64,000 bases of DNA, from the NCBI GenBank assembly GCA_029953675.1, contig JAMWBK010000009.1, positions 1,302,001 to 1,366,000 on the forward strand, read 5' to 3'. Below, piece by piece: positions 25,709 to 39,365 of the stretch (position 1 is the stretch's first letter; each line of letters begins with the position of its first letter). The notes under the pieces were generated by a model. It ran no database searches. It saw nothing but the letters and a program-made list of their open reading frames with translations, and was not told the DNA's origin. Source of the stretch: Rhodosorus marinus CCMP1338. Lineage: Eukaryota > Plantae > Rhodophyta. A program made the position numbers and the translations under genes.

Positions 25709-26754
25709 CAGAAGACATCTGACAATTCAACTTTTGCCTGTGAATCAATACTTACGACACGATAAACAAGAAAACCAACCTTTCTGAACAGCTGAAATAC
25801 CTGGAGAGGAACTCCAGCCTTGATCCTTGGTTTCAAACGACTTTGGTCCCAGGAGTCGTGCAGTCAGGAAACCGAGGCATCCTGGCAGTGCGGGGTAACG
25901 ATTGAGAGATTAAACGCGCTGGCTGGCAAAAGATCTTGTGCTGCTTGAAAAGACAGCGATGAATCGCAAACAAGAGTGTTTCTGAGGGTCGCCGCGGCAG
26001 CCAGAGGCCTGGAGGGTATCAATGCCGAACCCGATCGTGGACCATACGAGGAACGGCGGGTTTCGTCTTCGTCTGTAGCGAGTGCCAGAGGGATAGACGA
26101 CATCTTCGGAGCCGGAGGATCAAGAGAATTACGCTTTTTTAGGGCCTCTGTCTATCCCAGTCTTCAGCAGCTGCATATGAGATCCCACCACAAAGGCCTG
26201 TCCGCGACCAAAACCAATTCATGCAAACCCTAAATCGTCCTATCCAATAAAAATATTTCCCGCGAGTTTGTCAAGGATGGGTATTTTTTCTCCCATTAGT
26301 TTAAAGACAACTCCTCACAAAAGAATGCAATTCATAAATACAAGCTCACGGACTCGTAACCCCCTTTACCCATGGGTGTAAAATGCAATGTGCCTTAGAA
26401 GAGTAATTTTTTGCTCTGGAACGACACACTTGAAGGAAGAAGTTGAGGGGTACGCGCCAGATTCTTAAATTAACATCAATCAATAACCTTTTTTCAATCA
26501 GTATAAGGTCCTTCCCGAACTTGAGCATTTCACGTCTGAAGTGGATGGTGTGGAGGTATGTTCCGAGTGTGCGAGAAAGCATTCCACATCCAGCTGAAAC
26601 TCCTCAGCACAGTAGCAAGTTTGTGTGATTGTGACCTGTTTGGAACTCCGAGAAGTTTTTCGTTCTCTCTCTACTTGTTCTCTTCTGTTGTAATTGGTTT
26701 TTTTTCTTCCCCTCGGCTTGTGTCTTCTTGGTGTGTCCAAGAGAAGTTGGAAAC

Positions 26755-27687
26755 ATGGTGAAGCAGGTGGAGGTGAGGCACTGAGATGAGTCCTATGCTC
26801 TTTTGGTCTCTTGTGGTGCTGCGGGGTGCTGTATTTTCTCGTACATCCTCTGCCCAACTGCCGTGGTCTGGTCTAGAGACTTCTTCATCTGAGTTTCTTT
26901 TTCCTTTCCTAGGGGAACTCGCAAACAAGGGATTCTGAGAAGCCCCAGAAGCGCAGAAGACTATCTGAAGAGGAGCTCGTTGCAGTTGGTAAGCGTATTG
27001 AAGTTAAGTGGGACTTGGACGATGAGAATGGGGTCGTACGTTCACGATGGTGGGGAGCGAAAGTCTTAAGAAAAGTGGAGTCTCCTGGAGATGAAAAAGT
27101 TCCATTTGATATTTTGTATGATCCATTTGAAGATTTTGCGGAAACTCAATGTAGAGTACGTAATTTGCCTGGCATCGGAATTGCGCTTCCAGGCGAGGGA
27201 CTATTGTCGCTTTGGAAGCTGACGAGCTCCCAACATTCGATTTCAACTACTTCAGATTGTTTTCCTAAGCACAACCGAGCTTCGAGATTCTGAGTCCGGG
27301 GATCTGCTGTATTGGAGAGCGGAAGGAGATGATTCGGAACCTCAGAGTACAACCATGGTGGAGCTTCAGGAAGAGCAGGATGCGATAGACAGGTTCGACT
27401 GATGCTAAAGGGCAGCATCTCATACCAAATGTTGAGCAAGCGAACCAATAAGAAACGTTTTTTTCTATAGGGAGCTGGGAGAGAGCTTTGAGCAAGAGGC
27501 AATGGCAGAATTCGACAAGCTCCCAATGGAGAAGCAACGACATCTTGCTGCAAGCTACAGAAGTTTTGCGGACTCGCTTAAGGGACATCTTAGAAAGCTT
27601 TTGGCTGCCAACGGTGCCAACTACGAAGTTACGGATAATGACATTCAGAGTGCCTTCAATGCTATAGAGGTTGAGAAGAAGGGCTAG
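26755..27687 (+). CDS. Uncharacterised ~200-aa protein with a Tudor/Agenet-like N-terminal domain; four predicted exons
   Basis: Spliced model MVKQVE|GNSQTRDSEKPQKRRRLSEEELVAVGKRIEVKWDLDDENGVVRSRWWGAKV...FDILYDPFEDF|...|ELGESFEQEAMAEF...EKKG*. GT-AG introns keep the frame, and KRRR is NLS-like. Confidence 0.7.
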
Positions 27688-28739
27688 GGAACAGTATTCC
27701 ACGAGCGGCCCAAGGCTTTCCGAATGAACAGTTGTCAGGTCTGCAGTGGATCTCACGAATAGTGGCGTTGAGTGAGGCCGCTAGCGGGTTTGGGAAAATG
27801 AACAAATATATATGGTGTGATCTAATTTGAATAATAACGAAAATCCTTGCAGAATTCCCACAGCTACATGAGCGTGGAATCTGGTCTTTGAAACTTTGTA
27901 GCTAGACAACAAGGGCGGGTAATCGCTTCTCACGCCCGGGGTATTGTAATCCAGACCGATTTATGTTCAAGTTCCGTTGAGGGCAAAATCCTGACCCGCG
28001 ATTAGGTCCGGAATCCAATCCAGTGAGGCGTAACTCAGTAGCACCATAGCTTTCTTGCTTGGCACCACCAAGCCCGACAGAGTCTTCACACTCTCGCGCT
28101 TACAGAAATAGAAAACCGACCTCGAACCGAGATGCCGGAGGGCACAGACCTTCCACAGGGGACTCTAACCAGCTCTACGTTCACCATTACCCTCCTCGTG
28201 GACGTGTAGTCCGACATCCGTCCCAAGTCAAATGTGTCCCAAAAGCACTATGTCCTCACCCCAAACGTTGGAGGCAGACGTCCATCGACGACGGCCGCCT
28301 ATCCAGACATGAAACGCTAGTGACTCTGAACTGACCGTACCAAAGCTTCCCACGTCTGTCCATGACAGATAACTCAAGCGCACGTTATGAATATTCCTTT
28401 CTGACGGAAAACGTCAACGTCGGGACGAGAGAAGTGATACTTAACATCTCTGATACTTAGCATCCGGACGGTTAGGCTTAGTGCGCTGGGTAAGTGAGGT
28501 AGAGTTCCTGTGTCCATACTTTTCTTTGGTTTTTGGTTTTTGGTTCAGGACGATGCATATGGAAACGATTTGGCAATTTTCGATCTTGTTTACTTCTTGT
28601 TTTGCTGAGTTGTGGGAACGTATAGTAGTTGATTAGGTTTGTTCCGCCTGTTGTCTGTCTGTTGCGTGCGTGTTAGTTTGGTTGTGTTGTCTTTTGTATG
28701 CGCCTTCGAGTGCTGCTTGGATTGTTTCGGTGAGAAGAG

Positions 28740-31700
28740 ATGGACGAGCTCAAGAGTCTTCGGGAGTTGAACGTCGTGTCCAAAGTATGCCAAGAACTTG
28801 ATAATCACTTGGGCATGTCGGACAAGACGATGGCCGAGTTTTTGATCGACCTTGTGGGGAAGAACAAATCACTTGGAGAGTTCAGAGCAGCGCTATCTAA
28901 ATTTGGAGGAGGGGAACAGTTGTTGCCAGATGCGCTGGCGGAGTCTGTTCATCGTCTAGTTCAAAAGTTGACAACTGCACCTGGAAATGCAGGGCAGGAG
29001 AAGAAACCAAGGGCCGCGGCGAAAGCTGTAAAGAAGCAATCAGATCCCAAAACGGAAGCCATCGCAGCACGATTTCCAGGTTTGGCTACGGAAGACCACC
29101 GGCACGGGAGTGACTCGGAAGAGGGGGATGAAAAAGGGGGTTTTCTGGGTTCGGGAATCAATGCCGATACAGTACTCTCGAAGGTTGAGAAGGAAGAGGT
29201 TGAGGCTTCAAATACTGGAAAAAGGAGGGAGAGGTCAGTCGAAAGAGATGAGCGACCATGGGGTCGGGACTCCGCGAGACGTGGAGATGATCGCAGACGT
29301 GACGACGATCGCAGACGTGGAGATGATCGCAGACGTGACGACGATCGCAGACGTGGAGATGATCGCAGACGATATGATCGCGAACGCAGCGATGACCGCA
29401 GATATGACAATGATCACAGGGGAAATTCGAGAGTTGATCCCGAACGTGCTCGTCGAGAAGTTCAGCATCACGTCGGAAAGCCCCAAATCGAAGTTGGTAA
29501 GGTGTACCGGGGCAAGGTCACCAACGTCCGGGATTTCGGGTGCTTTGTAGGTTTGGAAGATGTTGGTTACCGAAGAGGAGAAAGACCTCCGGAGGGACTA
29601 CTGCATGTTTCGGAAATGGGGCTTACTAGCCGGGTTGCTAACGCTAACGAAGTCTATAAAAGGGGAGAGACTTTGTACGTCAGGGTCAATTCTCATGCCG
29701 GGAAGAGAATAGGCCTGAGCGCAAAGGACATTGATCAAGAGACAGGAGAAGACAAGAGACCTCAGAAACCGAACCGTCCTGTACATGATGGTGGAGACTC
29801 GAGAAGGAATAATCGCTCCAATCCGGAAATAGGTGACATGCAGTCTGTTTCTGGGATTCCCCGGTCTTTACAGGAGGAGGATTCTTCCAGAAGGTCTAAG
29901 GGTCGAGCACGGCGCCGACTTCCTTCTCCAGAGCAGTGGGAGCTTAACCAGCTGGCGAGCGCGGGAGTTTTACCACTAGCTGATCTCCGAAAACAGGCAG
30001 GAATCGCGGAGGACTCCGAGGAAGAGGAAGCAGGGGTTCTAAACGATGTCGAGGAGCCTGAAGAGGAGTTGGAAATCGAATTAAATGAAGACGAGCCTGC
30101 TTTTCTGCAGGGTCAAGCTACAAGCAAGGCCCAGCCTCTATCTCCCGTAAGGATTGTGAAGAATCCCGATGGATCAATGCAGCGAGCGGCTATGACTCAG
30201 AGCGCTTTGTCGAAGGAACGAAGAGAGCTGCGAGATCAACAGGCGCAAGCAAATGTAGACGATGTACCCGCAGACCTCAACAGAGCGTGGGAGGATCCGG
30301 TCCCCGATCAAGGAGACCGACACATCGCTCAAGAACTGAGAGGCTTGGGCACGGGTCCCGCAGAAATGGCGGAGTGGAAGAAGAAAGCGATGGGGACGGC
30401 CCCGAGTTTTGGATTCAGTCAAAAGCGCGACCAGAGCATCATTCAACAGCGGGAAAGTTTGCCCATCTACAAGCTTAAGGATTCATTGCTAGATGCCTTC
30501 GCCTCCAACCAGGTTCTGATCGTTATTGGAGAGACAGGGTCTGGCAAAACCACGCAGATGACTCAGTATCTCGTGGATGCGAATTATCACAGAGCTGGGA
30601 GAATTGGCTGCACACAACCTCGTCGTGTTGCTGCAATGTCCGTTGCCAAACGTGTCGCGGAAGAGTTTGGGTGTCGGCTGGGCGAGCAAGTGGGATACGC
30701 CATCCGTTTTGAGGATTGTACCTCTAATGAGACCATCATCAAGTACATGACCGATGGAATGCTTCTGCGAGAAGCACTATTGGATCCCGATCTGAAACAA
30801 TATTCCGTGATTATGTTAGATGAAGCTCACGAGCGAACCATTTCGACCGACGTACTGTTTGGCCTTCTGAAGGATTGTTTGGCCAAGCGCAGTGATTTGA
30901 AGTTGATAGTCACGTCCGCAACTCTGGATGCTGAAAAATTTTCTTCATATTTCTTCAACTGTCCGATTTTCACGATCCCCGGAAGAACGTTCCCAGTTGA
31001 GATCCTGTACTCAAAGGAGCCAGAAGCCGACTACCTTGATGCAGCGTTGGTTACAGTGATGCAAATTCATCTGACAGAGCCGCCTGGAGATGTTCTTTTA
31101 TTTCTCACGGGTCAGGAGGAAATCGATACATCTGCTGAAATCCTTTATGAGCGGATGAAGTCTTTGGGCCCGAATGTTCCGGAGCTGATTATCCTACCGG
31201 TCTATTCTGCACTGCCTTCGGAAATGCAAACGCGCATATTCGAGCCAGCACCGGCAGGGCAACGAAAAGTGGTTATCGCCACCAATATCGCTGAGGCTTC
31301 CTTGACTATCGATGGTATCTTTTACGTGGTGGATCCAGGTTTCGCAAAGCAGAAAGTCTACAACCCAAAGCTGGGAATGGATTCTCTGGTGGTTGCTCCG
31401 GTTTCACAGGCGTCCGCGAGGCAGAGGGCAGGGCGAGCAGGCAGAACTGGTCCTGGAAAGTGCTTTCGTTTATACACCGAACAGGCGTATCGGAACGAAA
31501 TGCTCCCGACGTCGGTACCCGAGCTCCAGAGGAGCAACCTCGCTAATACAGTGCTCACCTTGAAGGCGATGGGAATCAATGACCTCTTGCACTTTGATTT
31601 CATGGATGCCCCTCCCGCGCAGCACATGGTTTCTGCTATGGAGAGCTTGTACTCGTTAGGCGCCTTGGACGAAGAAGGATTGCTCACACGGCTTGGGAGA

Positions 31701-32426
31701 AAAATGGCTGAGTTCCCGCTCGAGCCAATGCTTTCGAAGATGCTTCTTGCCAGTGTCGACTTGAAGTGCTCCGATGAAGTCCTCACGATCGTTGCAATGA
31801 TATCCGTACAGAACGTCTTCTACAGGCCCAAGGAAAAGCAGGCCCAAGCTGACCAGAAGAAGGCGAAATTCCACCAACCGGAGGGTGATCATTTGACCCT
31901 TCTAGCAGTCTACGATGCCTGGAAGGCGAACCGATTCTCCAACCCCTGGTGCTACGAGAACTTTGTACAAAGCAGAAGCTTGAAGCGGGCTCAAGACATT
32001 CGAAAGCAGCTGATAACAATCATGGATAGGTACCGACTAGATATTACGTCGGCTGGAAGGAACTACATGAAGATCCGTAAGGCGATTGTTTCCGGATTTT
32101 TCGTTCACGCGGCTAAAAAGGACCCCCAGGAAGGCTACCGAACGCTTGTAGAAGGACAACCTGTGTATATTCATCCGTCATCGTCCTTGTTCCATATTCA
32201 GCCGGAGTGGGTAATCTATCATGAGGTTGTGCACACCACGAAGGAGTACATGCGAGAAGTCCTTGCGGTTGAGTCCAAGTGGTTGGTGGAGCTGGCACCT
32301 CGCTTCTTCAAAAGTTCGGATCCGAATAGGCTATCTCGACGCAAGAGACAGGAGAAAATCGAGCCCCTGTTCGACAAGTATGCTCAAAACCAGAAGGAGT
32401 GGCGTCTGTCGAAGCGCAGAAGATAA
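28740..32426 (+). CDS. DHX8: DEAH-box spliceosomal RNA helicase DHX8/PRP22, single exon, 1228 aa
   Basis: N-terminal [16 protein letters not shown]-type segment, RD/RS region, S1 domain, [63 protein letters not shown]2 and OB-NTP regions. Confidence 0.98.
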   Translation: MDELKSLRELNVVSKVCQELDNHLGMSDKTMAEFLIDLVGKNKSLGEFRAALSKFGGGEQLLPDALAESVHRLVQKLTTAPGNAGQEKKPRAAAKAVKKQSDPKTEAIAARFPGLATEDHRHGSDSEEGDEKGGFLGSGINADTVLSKVEKEEVEASNTGKRRERSVERDERPWGRDSARRGDDRRRDDDRRRGDDRRRDDDRRRGDDRRRYDRERSDDRRYDNDHRGNSRVDPERARREVQHHVGKPQIEVGKVYRGKVTNVRDFGCFVGLEDVGYRRGERPPEGLLHVSEMGLTSRVANANEVYKRGETLYVRVNSHAGKRIGLSAKDIDQETGEDKRPQKPNRPVHDGGDSRRNNRSNPEIGDMQSVSGIPRSLQEEDSSRRSKGRARRRLPSPEQWELNQLASAGVLPLADLRKQAGIAEDSEEEEAGVLNDVEEPEEELEIELNEDEPAFLQGQATSKAQPLSPVRIVKNPDGSMQRAAMTQSALSKERRELRDQQAQANVDDVPADLNRAWEDPVPDQGDRHIAQELRGLGTGPAEMAEWKKKAMGTAPSFGFSQKRDQSIIQQRESLPIYKLKDSLLDAFASNQVLIVIGETGSGKTTQMTQYLVDANYHRAGRIGCTQPRRVAAMSVAKRVAEEFGCRLGEQVGYAIRFEDCTSNETIIKYMTDGMLLREALLDPDLKQYSVIMLDEAHERTISTDVLFGLLKDCLAKRSDLKLIVTSATLDAEKFSSYFFNCPIFTIPGRTFPVEILYSKEPEADYLDAALVTVMQIHLTEPPGDVLLFLTGQEEIDTSAEILYERMKSLGPNVPELIILPVYSALPSEMQTRIFEPAPAGQRKVVIATNIAEASLTIDGIFYVVDPGFAKQKVYNPKLGMDSLVVAPVSQASARQRAGRAGRTGPGKCFRLYTEQAYRNEMLPTSVPELQRSNLANTVLTLKAMGINDLLHFDFMDAPPAQHMVSAMESLYSLGALDEEGLLTRLGRKMAEFPLEPMLSKMLLASVDLKCSDEVLTIVAMISVQNVFYRPKEKQAQADQKKAKFHQPEGDHLTLLAVYDAWKANRFSNPWCYENFVQSRSLKRAQDIRKQLITIMDRYRLDITSAGRNYMKIRKAIVSGFFVHAAKKDPQEGYRTLVEGQPVYIHPSSSLFHIQPEWVIYHEVVHTTKEYMREVLAVESKWLVELAPRFFKSSDPNRLSRRKRQEKIEPLFDKYAQNQKEWRLSKRRR
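29280..29369 (+). repeat. Coding tandem repeat, five 18-nt units alternating A-B-A-B-A ([12 protein letters not shown]) in DHX8
   Basis: CGTGGAGATGATCGCAGA alternates with CGTGACGACGATCGCAGA. Confidence 0.95.
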
Positions 32427-32594
32427 AGACGCTAGTTTCGTGAACGAAAACCGTATTTTGTTTATATTGTGAAGGGTTCTCTTCCCGTTGGATTGAGCCT
32501 CTTCGACTTCAGGTTTTAATAATTAAGACGAAATTTTTTAGGCCGAGAGGACCATCAATGTCAAAGATTTCGTCTTGAAGGCGAGCAACGGTCA

Positions 32595-34545
32595 CTAGCG
32601 AGTCACGCCGTTTAAAGTCTTTGCCTGAGCCCCTCCTGTGTTTGCAGACGCGTTTTGGGTTGGGGTTGTAGTTTGACCTCCCTGAACCAACCTGCAGGCC
32701 ACCAGGAACTCGTAGATTTTCGCCACCTTGTTCGGGTCCATCTTTATCAGGGCCTTTGCATCCTTCCTTCTCAGGAACTTGTTCCTGTGTGACTCTAATA
32801 TCATCGCGTCCTTAGCAATCATGTACTGGTGGAAGGAGATCTGTCATTGAAGATGAGAGAGGAGTTGAGAAGCGTGCCGTGAGCAAATGCAAGACGAGGA
32901 AACCTCCTCCTGGAGACGCTTTTCCGACGCTTAGCCAATACCTTCAAGCCTCTGCATAGCTCGATCTCGTTCGCTGAGAGCAACTCTGCGCCCTCAAGAT
33001 TTGAATACTTATTCTTAGGTTTGCCATCGCCATTAGCATTCGACATTACAACGGTTCCATCCGCCTGCTTTGTAGGACCTTTGCGCTTCTTTGGAATCGG
33101 ATTGCTGAGCTCTTCCATAAGGCTTGCTCGGCCGCGAGCACGCCCTGAACCAACTCGACTGCATTCAGCGGAAGACCTTGCACCCATCATGCGTCCTTCC
33201 CGCAGAGTTTCGATTTCCTGCGACAATGGAGACATCGAGATTAGGTTCAAAAAAAGCAACGGCAGCGTGGCGGAGATGTTCCTATCGATCGATCGGTTGC
33301 TTCAGGATCGTACCTGACGTGTGGTCCGTTCCTCCAGTACGCCCTTCATCATCTCTTCATGGTCTTGGGGTGTGTGAAAACGACTGAAAGGTCGCATCTT
33401 ATCCCTTAACTCCTTCTCATCGCGAGGCCTCTTCTTGTCCGTTTGCTCTTGAGCTTTCAGATCCAAAAGATTTCTGTTCACGACAAACTCTTTCCTCTTC
33501 TTCCGTTCGTCAAGCTTGCTGTTGTAGATTTCCAGCACTCTCTGCTTGACTTCCTTATCCTTGTCACAGTCCTCATCCGTTATCTCCATCTCAGCGATTA
33601 CGTCCTCAGCTTCATTGTCCCATTCGTACACAAAATCTTCTCTCTTTGGCATCCATCCTGCAATAGCCTCGTTTTGATGCAGATGCATAACCTTCAGTAA
33701 CTTGGGATCCATCTCTTGCTCCTCTTTTACCCTAAAACAGCGATACGTGTTCAGAGATTACTGGGATAATTATCCAGAGACGCAGTGCCAGCAGAAACTA
33801 GTAAACCGACGCATCGAGACTAACCATTCTGGGTCATCTTTTGGGAGCAGCGTGTCCCGACGCATATCCGGGATTGGGGCAAGATCATGATTCAAGAAGA
33901 CGGCTTCAAAGTGGTTCTCAGTTTCCCCCTTGTTTCGAGTCTGGATAACTCTTGAAATATCTTCCCAGTTTCCCACACCGTACATCTCAAGTCCTTCAAG
34001 AAGACGCTCCTCCTCATCCGCTGTCCAGGATGCTGAGTAGATTGGCCTAGTCACGACCTGTCAAAGCGGTTAACAACAAAGAAATACGGTCGTGGGTAGT
34101 CAAGGTCGTGGGTAGTCAGTGTCAAATTCCAGAGAATCAAGAACCGTTCATGGCAGCACAATTCGTAAGTTGAATGGGAAAAGCCACCAACCTCTACAAG
34201 GCGATAGGAATGTGTTGGTGTATGAGGCCAAAGAGTAGCCCCAACAGAGAAACAATCCAGGCAAAGGTCAAAATCGGTGCAATCTGCACATCTTGCACGG
34301 ATCGCATTTGATAAATCTCGCCCGCAATAGTTGCAGTGGAACCTCGAACTATCGCTGTCATTGTTTCCCTGTTTAGAATTCTTCCCACCGCGTGCGCGCT
34401 TGGGTCTGTGCTTTTGATTTCCACCGCCTCCACCACCGCCAGAATGGCTATTGCCGGTGCTCTGCTTCTTCGTGTCGGTCTCCATCTTATCACCAGCGCC
34501 GCCTGGCCCAGACGTCTCTTTCAATCCCTCCTCCATTCCACCCAT
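32595..34545 (-). CDS. ADA2: Transcriptional adaptor ADA2 (SAGA/ADA complex): ZZ finger, SANT, SWIRM; multi-exon
   Basis: FHCNYCGRDL...CADCTDFDLCLDCFSVG, WTADEEERLLEGLEMYGVGNWEDI, GWMPKREDFVYEWDNEAE, RPFSRF, and SWIRM-type LLSANEIELC...KIYEFLV. Confidence 0.95.
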
Positions 34546-35789
34546 GCTGTCAGCTAGATCAGGCAAAGCAAAGCTTTTTTCTTCAAAGCATACGCAAAAG
34601 TTCACGAACAAACCTCTCTCACAAAGCCCAGCCTTGGAACTCTCATACCATAATCAAAGTCTCCATCTCAGTCTTCCCCCCCCCACACAACGGTAGCTCG
34701 GACAAACCGAACAAAAGATCTTTCTACAATGATCCTAATTGTTTCCCCCAGCGGCCCGCTTGATTCCTCCAACTTAGGACCAAATTTCTGAGGACATTCC
34801 TCTCACCAAGACCCTTTGAAACTCAGCCCCAGACCAGGTCTTCCGCAACCAATCCACAGGTTTTCGCCTTCTTTCAAGCACAAAAAAAAAAAAAGCTCAG
34901 CAAAACCTCTTTCACTTATACCAAGGACGCACCGTCGTTTTCCTTTCGAAAATTCCCGGACAATCTCCGTCTTACAAACGTTCACCCCTTAACAACCTTT
35001 GGAACTTAGAGAAAAACCACAGCTCCCACTCTCTTCAAGCACCAAAAAAACAGCATCGATGCAAACCAAAAACCAGAACCAAAAAAAAAACACGAGCGAA
35101 AATATAAGCTGTTCCAATTCAACTAGAACCACTTGGAACGTAACTCTCACACTCCTCCCAACATCGAATCTCCCGTTGAACTAACAAAAACTATTCAGAC
35201 CAAAACCATCCAGAACAGATTTTTTCTTCTTGACCAAACCAGCCCACCCCCAAAGACTATTTCTCCAAAAAGGTCTATCCTTTGATTTCAACACCGCTTC
35301 CGTACATAGACAATCCTTTCCTCAATCAAACGACATGGATCCCCGATCTTCACCTCTCACGCAGACATACCATCTTCTTCCCCGCCCCTGAGGAAGAGCT
35401 GACAGATTATCCTTCCTCAACAAGAAATCCTACAAATAGAAAATATTTCTTAATTAGGTTTAAATTTGTCTCATATTAAGTTCATATTCTCTATATTATT
35501 CTAATTGCTATATACTATGCTCGTATTGTATTTAATTATGTCGAATCGTCTTTCCTATTTAGAATTGACTAACTCAGTCATTATTAACTTACGTTAATTA
35601 AGGTGAGTTTCTTATATTTTGATCCATTGTTTCTAGAAAATATGAATTAAGTAGTTTTTACTTGCTTTGATACTATATATGTGATATTTAGTAGATATCC
35701 TGCTCAAAGGGTGTTATATATTTTTTCTATTTTTTTGAGTTGCTGATGTTGTTCAGGGTTGGTCCACTTAGGGACGAGGAATTGATGGA

Positions 35790-36330
35790 GCTAGAGTCCA
35801 GCTGGACGTCAGCGTCGAGAACGAGGACTGGCCGGAGGATGAGCCAGTGACCCTGCATGTGGCAGCTCTGAGGAAGGGAGACACCCTTTATGAAGTGGAG
35901 TAATCGTCCAATCTGAAGGAAGCACTTGACACTCGCTGTCGGAGGAATGGAGAGCGGCGATCGACCAGGATCAGTATCATCATAGGTTTACTCCGAGCCT
36001 ATCTACCCTTAGGAGGGTAGAGGGAGACGACTCTCGTTGAACAGCAAAGCCGCTTTAGGCCACCAGGGCATCAGAGACAACTCGGTAAGGAGGCTGTCAG
36101 GAGGGCTGGCGACATTTCGAAAAACAAGACGAAGCCACCAAGAAAAGCCACACTGTCCAAAACAACCAAAGCATTCCATGATTAACGGTACAAGCCGATA
36201 AGACAGCATCGATTACTCAAAGGTTCTATGAGTCATCGTAGCATTGAACCAGCGGCAGCGCCATGACGTTGCGCAGACGAGGGAGGATACAGTCCAGCCT
36301 GAGGACCTGGAATAGACAAGTCAAGATACT
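35790..36330 (+). mobile_element. Possible highly decayed Ty1/copia pol fragment
   Basis: Across stops and frameshifts: SNLKEALDTRCR/EEWRAAIDQ (copia EAL...W..A...E), RYKPIRQHRLLKG (compare RYKARLVAKG) and GRIQSSLRTWN (compare GLKQS.R.WN). Motif spacing does not match intact elements, and no LTR was seen. Confidence 0.3.
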
Positions 36331-38035
36331 CACTCCTGCGAGCAGCCAGATCAGTGACCACCAAATCCGCCGCAAGCTGGACATCGGTGTCTCATTAGCA
36401 GCATCAAGCCCCCGAGCAACAAGGCAAAGGGACCTCGTAATGCCTCGCACCCCTGGTTCTCTGCCCTCCGCGGTCTTCGCAGCGCTACTTGCACTGGATA
36501 ACCGAGTTTCTGCGTGCAGTCAAAACCTGTATGGCGTTGACAACGCCATCCCTTTGCGGTTTTTTCGACACCAGAGTTCTCACATCTAATTTGAACATCG
36601 AACTGTTCGAATGTGCATATGGAATATTTCCTTGGCGGCTATGATAATGGTTGGCTTGTTATCGTCCTGGACTCCACTGAAAACGTTCCCTGACACCTTT
36701 CGGATTGACAGACACAAGATTTAATTCTGAAAACTTGAGGCAGTAGACCCAATGCAACTTTCAGCTCCAGTCCCGCGGCCGTGTCTGCGATAACTACCCC
36801 CTTGTGTGTCGCAACTTCTGCGTCTCCATTTGCGAAACGAACGGAATTGGCGTCGCCTGCCTCCTCGAGACTACACAGTACTCTTCTCGGTTTACCAAAT
36901 GATGAGACGCTCCCAAGAAAACTCATCATCAGCGTTCGCTGGGACTCTCCCGACGGCCGCGTTGGAACGTGTCGTAGCTGTATCGTTACCTCCGGGCTTC
37001 TTGCAATGCAGACAGGTCTTGTCCCTCTGACAGTCCCGGTAAATGGTCAACAGCTTCCGCACATCTGATCACGGCTATTGAGAATGTGACTGGGAAATGA
37101 CATTCATCAGCTGAAAAGAGACCAGAACATCTCATGAAGGATTGCGAGGAGCGGAAACCAAGCAAGAAAGGTGCGACGTAGCTAGGCACAGCACTCTCTT
37201 GGAATCGACGAAGTCGCAGAAGAACGGGCATGTCAGAAACGGCCCGCTTCTCCGACCTAACAACTGTTCCAGCGAATTTCGCTTGTTGATGACTCTCACA
37301 AGCGCTGAAGACGCTTCAGCAGAAGGTGAATACCTTGACGCTGCTTACCAGTGAAAAGATCCCTGCAATACAGAGGATCTGTTTGAAGACCGAAACATTC
37401 ACAATGATAGGGGTCAGCCTACTTCAAAATAAATAAGCGAGTTAACACTGCAATACTGACTATAGCCCTGTCTATGCAGCATTTCATTGATAATCGGCGC
37501 TGTTATCACGGAGCAACACCAAGAGCCTGATGACCCGGACAACTTTTAGCAACGTCCAGCAAGTCCTTTGTTGGTCACGAAGACACAACACGTCGCTACC
37601 CCCCAAAAAGCCAGGTTGGGACAAACGACCCTGGGAACCTAACAAGCCCCCATCTAAGAACAACAAAATATCCGAGTCAACCGCTTAGGCCAGCCACAAC
37701 CAAGGCAGCTCGGCAGCTCGGCAGCCCAACGCTTTCGTTGTCCGCGACGCAACATTCGCTGCCTCTCATCAAGTTTCGATAAGACACGTTCACCCCTGGC
37801 TTTCTAGAGTCCATATAGATTCGGTTTCAATACGACACGAAACAGTTTCTCAGTTATGATGGACTAGAAGTGCTGAAAGCATAGCTCTTCGACCCCCTTC
37901 GGTGATGAGCAAATTTGTTAAAAAGGGATGCTAGCCGCCTGAGGCGGCTCGAGGAAAGAGAGTTAGGTTTAGAGGAATGCTTTTCATCGCTACTAAATGT
38001 ATTTACATGAGAAATTAAGTTAAATCGGAGGAACC

Positions 38036-38961
38036 ATGGCTGATGAAGAGATTGATGAAGAACTTTTAGCCCTTGAGGCGGAGCTGAAAGGATTGGAGCA
38101 GAATTCTGGAGTGATTGAGAGCGCTCCAAAGCCCGTCGAGCAGATTGTGGTTGCGGCGAAGCCGGCCGTGCCTTTGAGGGCTCCCATTCAGCCGGAATGG
38201 CAGCAAGAGCTGTACGAGCGGGATTATCAGAGGATGCAGATGATGAAGGAATCTCGCGATGGAGATGAACAGAGGGGGGTGAACGCGGATGGAGCTGACG
38301 GGAATGCTGGTCGTGCAGCAGAGGCACCCACACCTGTCCACCAAGCACCGGCTCATGCAGTAGAACCTCACGATTTCCAGGTATGCATTATAGTAAGTAT
38401 CTTTGTGCGCTGTGTTGAGTTTGAGCTGATCCCGTGCTCGCCCCAATCTTCCTCCACTTTAGGGTCCGATGATGCCTCCAACGCGGAAGAAAATTCTTCG
38501 TACTGCAGCGGGAGAGGTGTGGGAAGATCCTACTCTGGAGGCTTGGCCGGAAAACGATCATCGGATCTTTGTCGGAGACCTCGCAGGGGACGCGACGGAT
38601 GAGGTTCTCACAGCGGCTTTTCAAAAGTTCGACAGCTTCCAAATGGCGAGGGTTGTTAAGGACAAGCGTACTCGCAAGTGCCGAGGGTAAGGATTCAAGC
38701 CACTGATCACTACCGTGGGTTATGGAGAGTTTTCCGATACATGCGTCACCGCTAAGACCGGAATTGCTTCGAACCTTCAGGTTTGGTTTTGTGTCGTTCG
38801 CAAGCGCGGAGGATATGGTAAAGGCCATGAAAGAGATGAACGGAAAGTACGTAGGCAATAGACCCGTCAAGTTGCGAAAGTCAAACTGGAATGAGCGAAC
38901 GCTCACGAGGGACAAGAAGAAAGAGGTCCGAATCTTCAAGAAGCTAATATCGAAGAAGTAG
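38036..38961 (+). CDS. RBM42: RNA-binding protein RBM42 (single RRM, tri-snRNP associated); multi-exon
   Basis: LRTAAGEVWEDPTLEAWPENDHRIFVGDL, ARVVKDKRTRKCRG|FGFVSF and KEMNGKYVGNRPVKLRKSNW. Confidence 0.94.
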
Positions 38962-39365
38962 CCTCCGTATTCCATTCGCTCTCAGACCGGGGGGAGTTGC
39001 TAACATTCAATTGCGTTGTCAAATACTAACATTTTGAGCTGAAGCTGAACAATAGAAAAGAAAGTCCCATCGAAGGATATTCGAGTGGATGGGTTGTACC
39101 TTCGGTATCTCCTTGCATCCGAACACTTCTGCGAACGGAATCACCGAGCTCGACATTCTCAACTCCTGAAGTCCATTGCCCCACGCTAGCCAAGTGCATC
39201 ATTCGATGTTTCCCAGCTGCAGCGCCTATCGTACTGGGTGCTCCGAAACCACTATTCCGCAGCAACAGAGCATGTTTTTTGTGTTCCCAACCACGACCAC
39301 CGGGCCTTGTTCACCGCATCATGAGCACTCTTCCGATTGCACTAATCCCTGCTTGTGCGGAAAAC

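Noticed and set aside
25750-26233. Possible small gene between SEC63 and the Tudor-like gene
   Set aside because: Splice-like sites and short frames exist on both strands, but I could not build one convincing model.
27922-27960. ATCGCTTCTC matching the 5' end of U2 snRNA
   Set aside because: The match stops after 10 nt; there is no branch-site recognition sequence or Sm site at the expected distance.
27890-28340. Possible small gene or ncRNA upstream of DHX8
   Set aside because: Several 45-90 codon frames on both strands, but no consistent splice model or recognisable motif.
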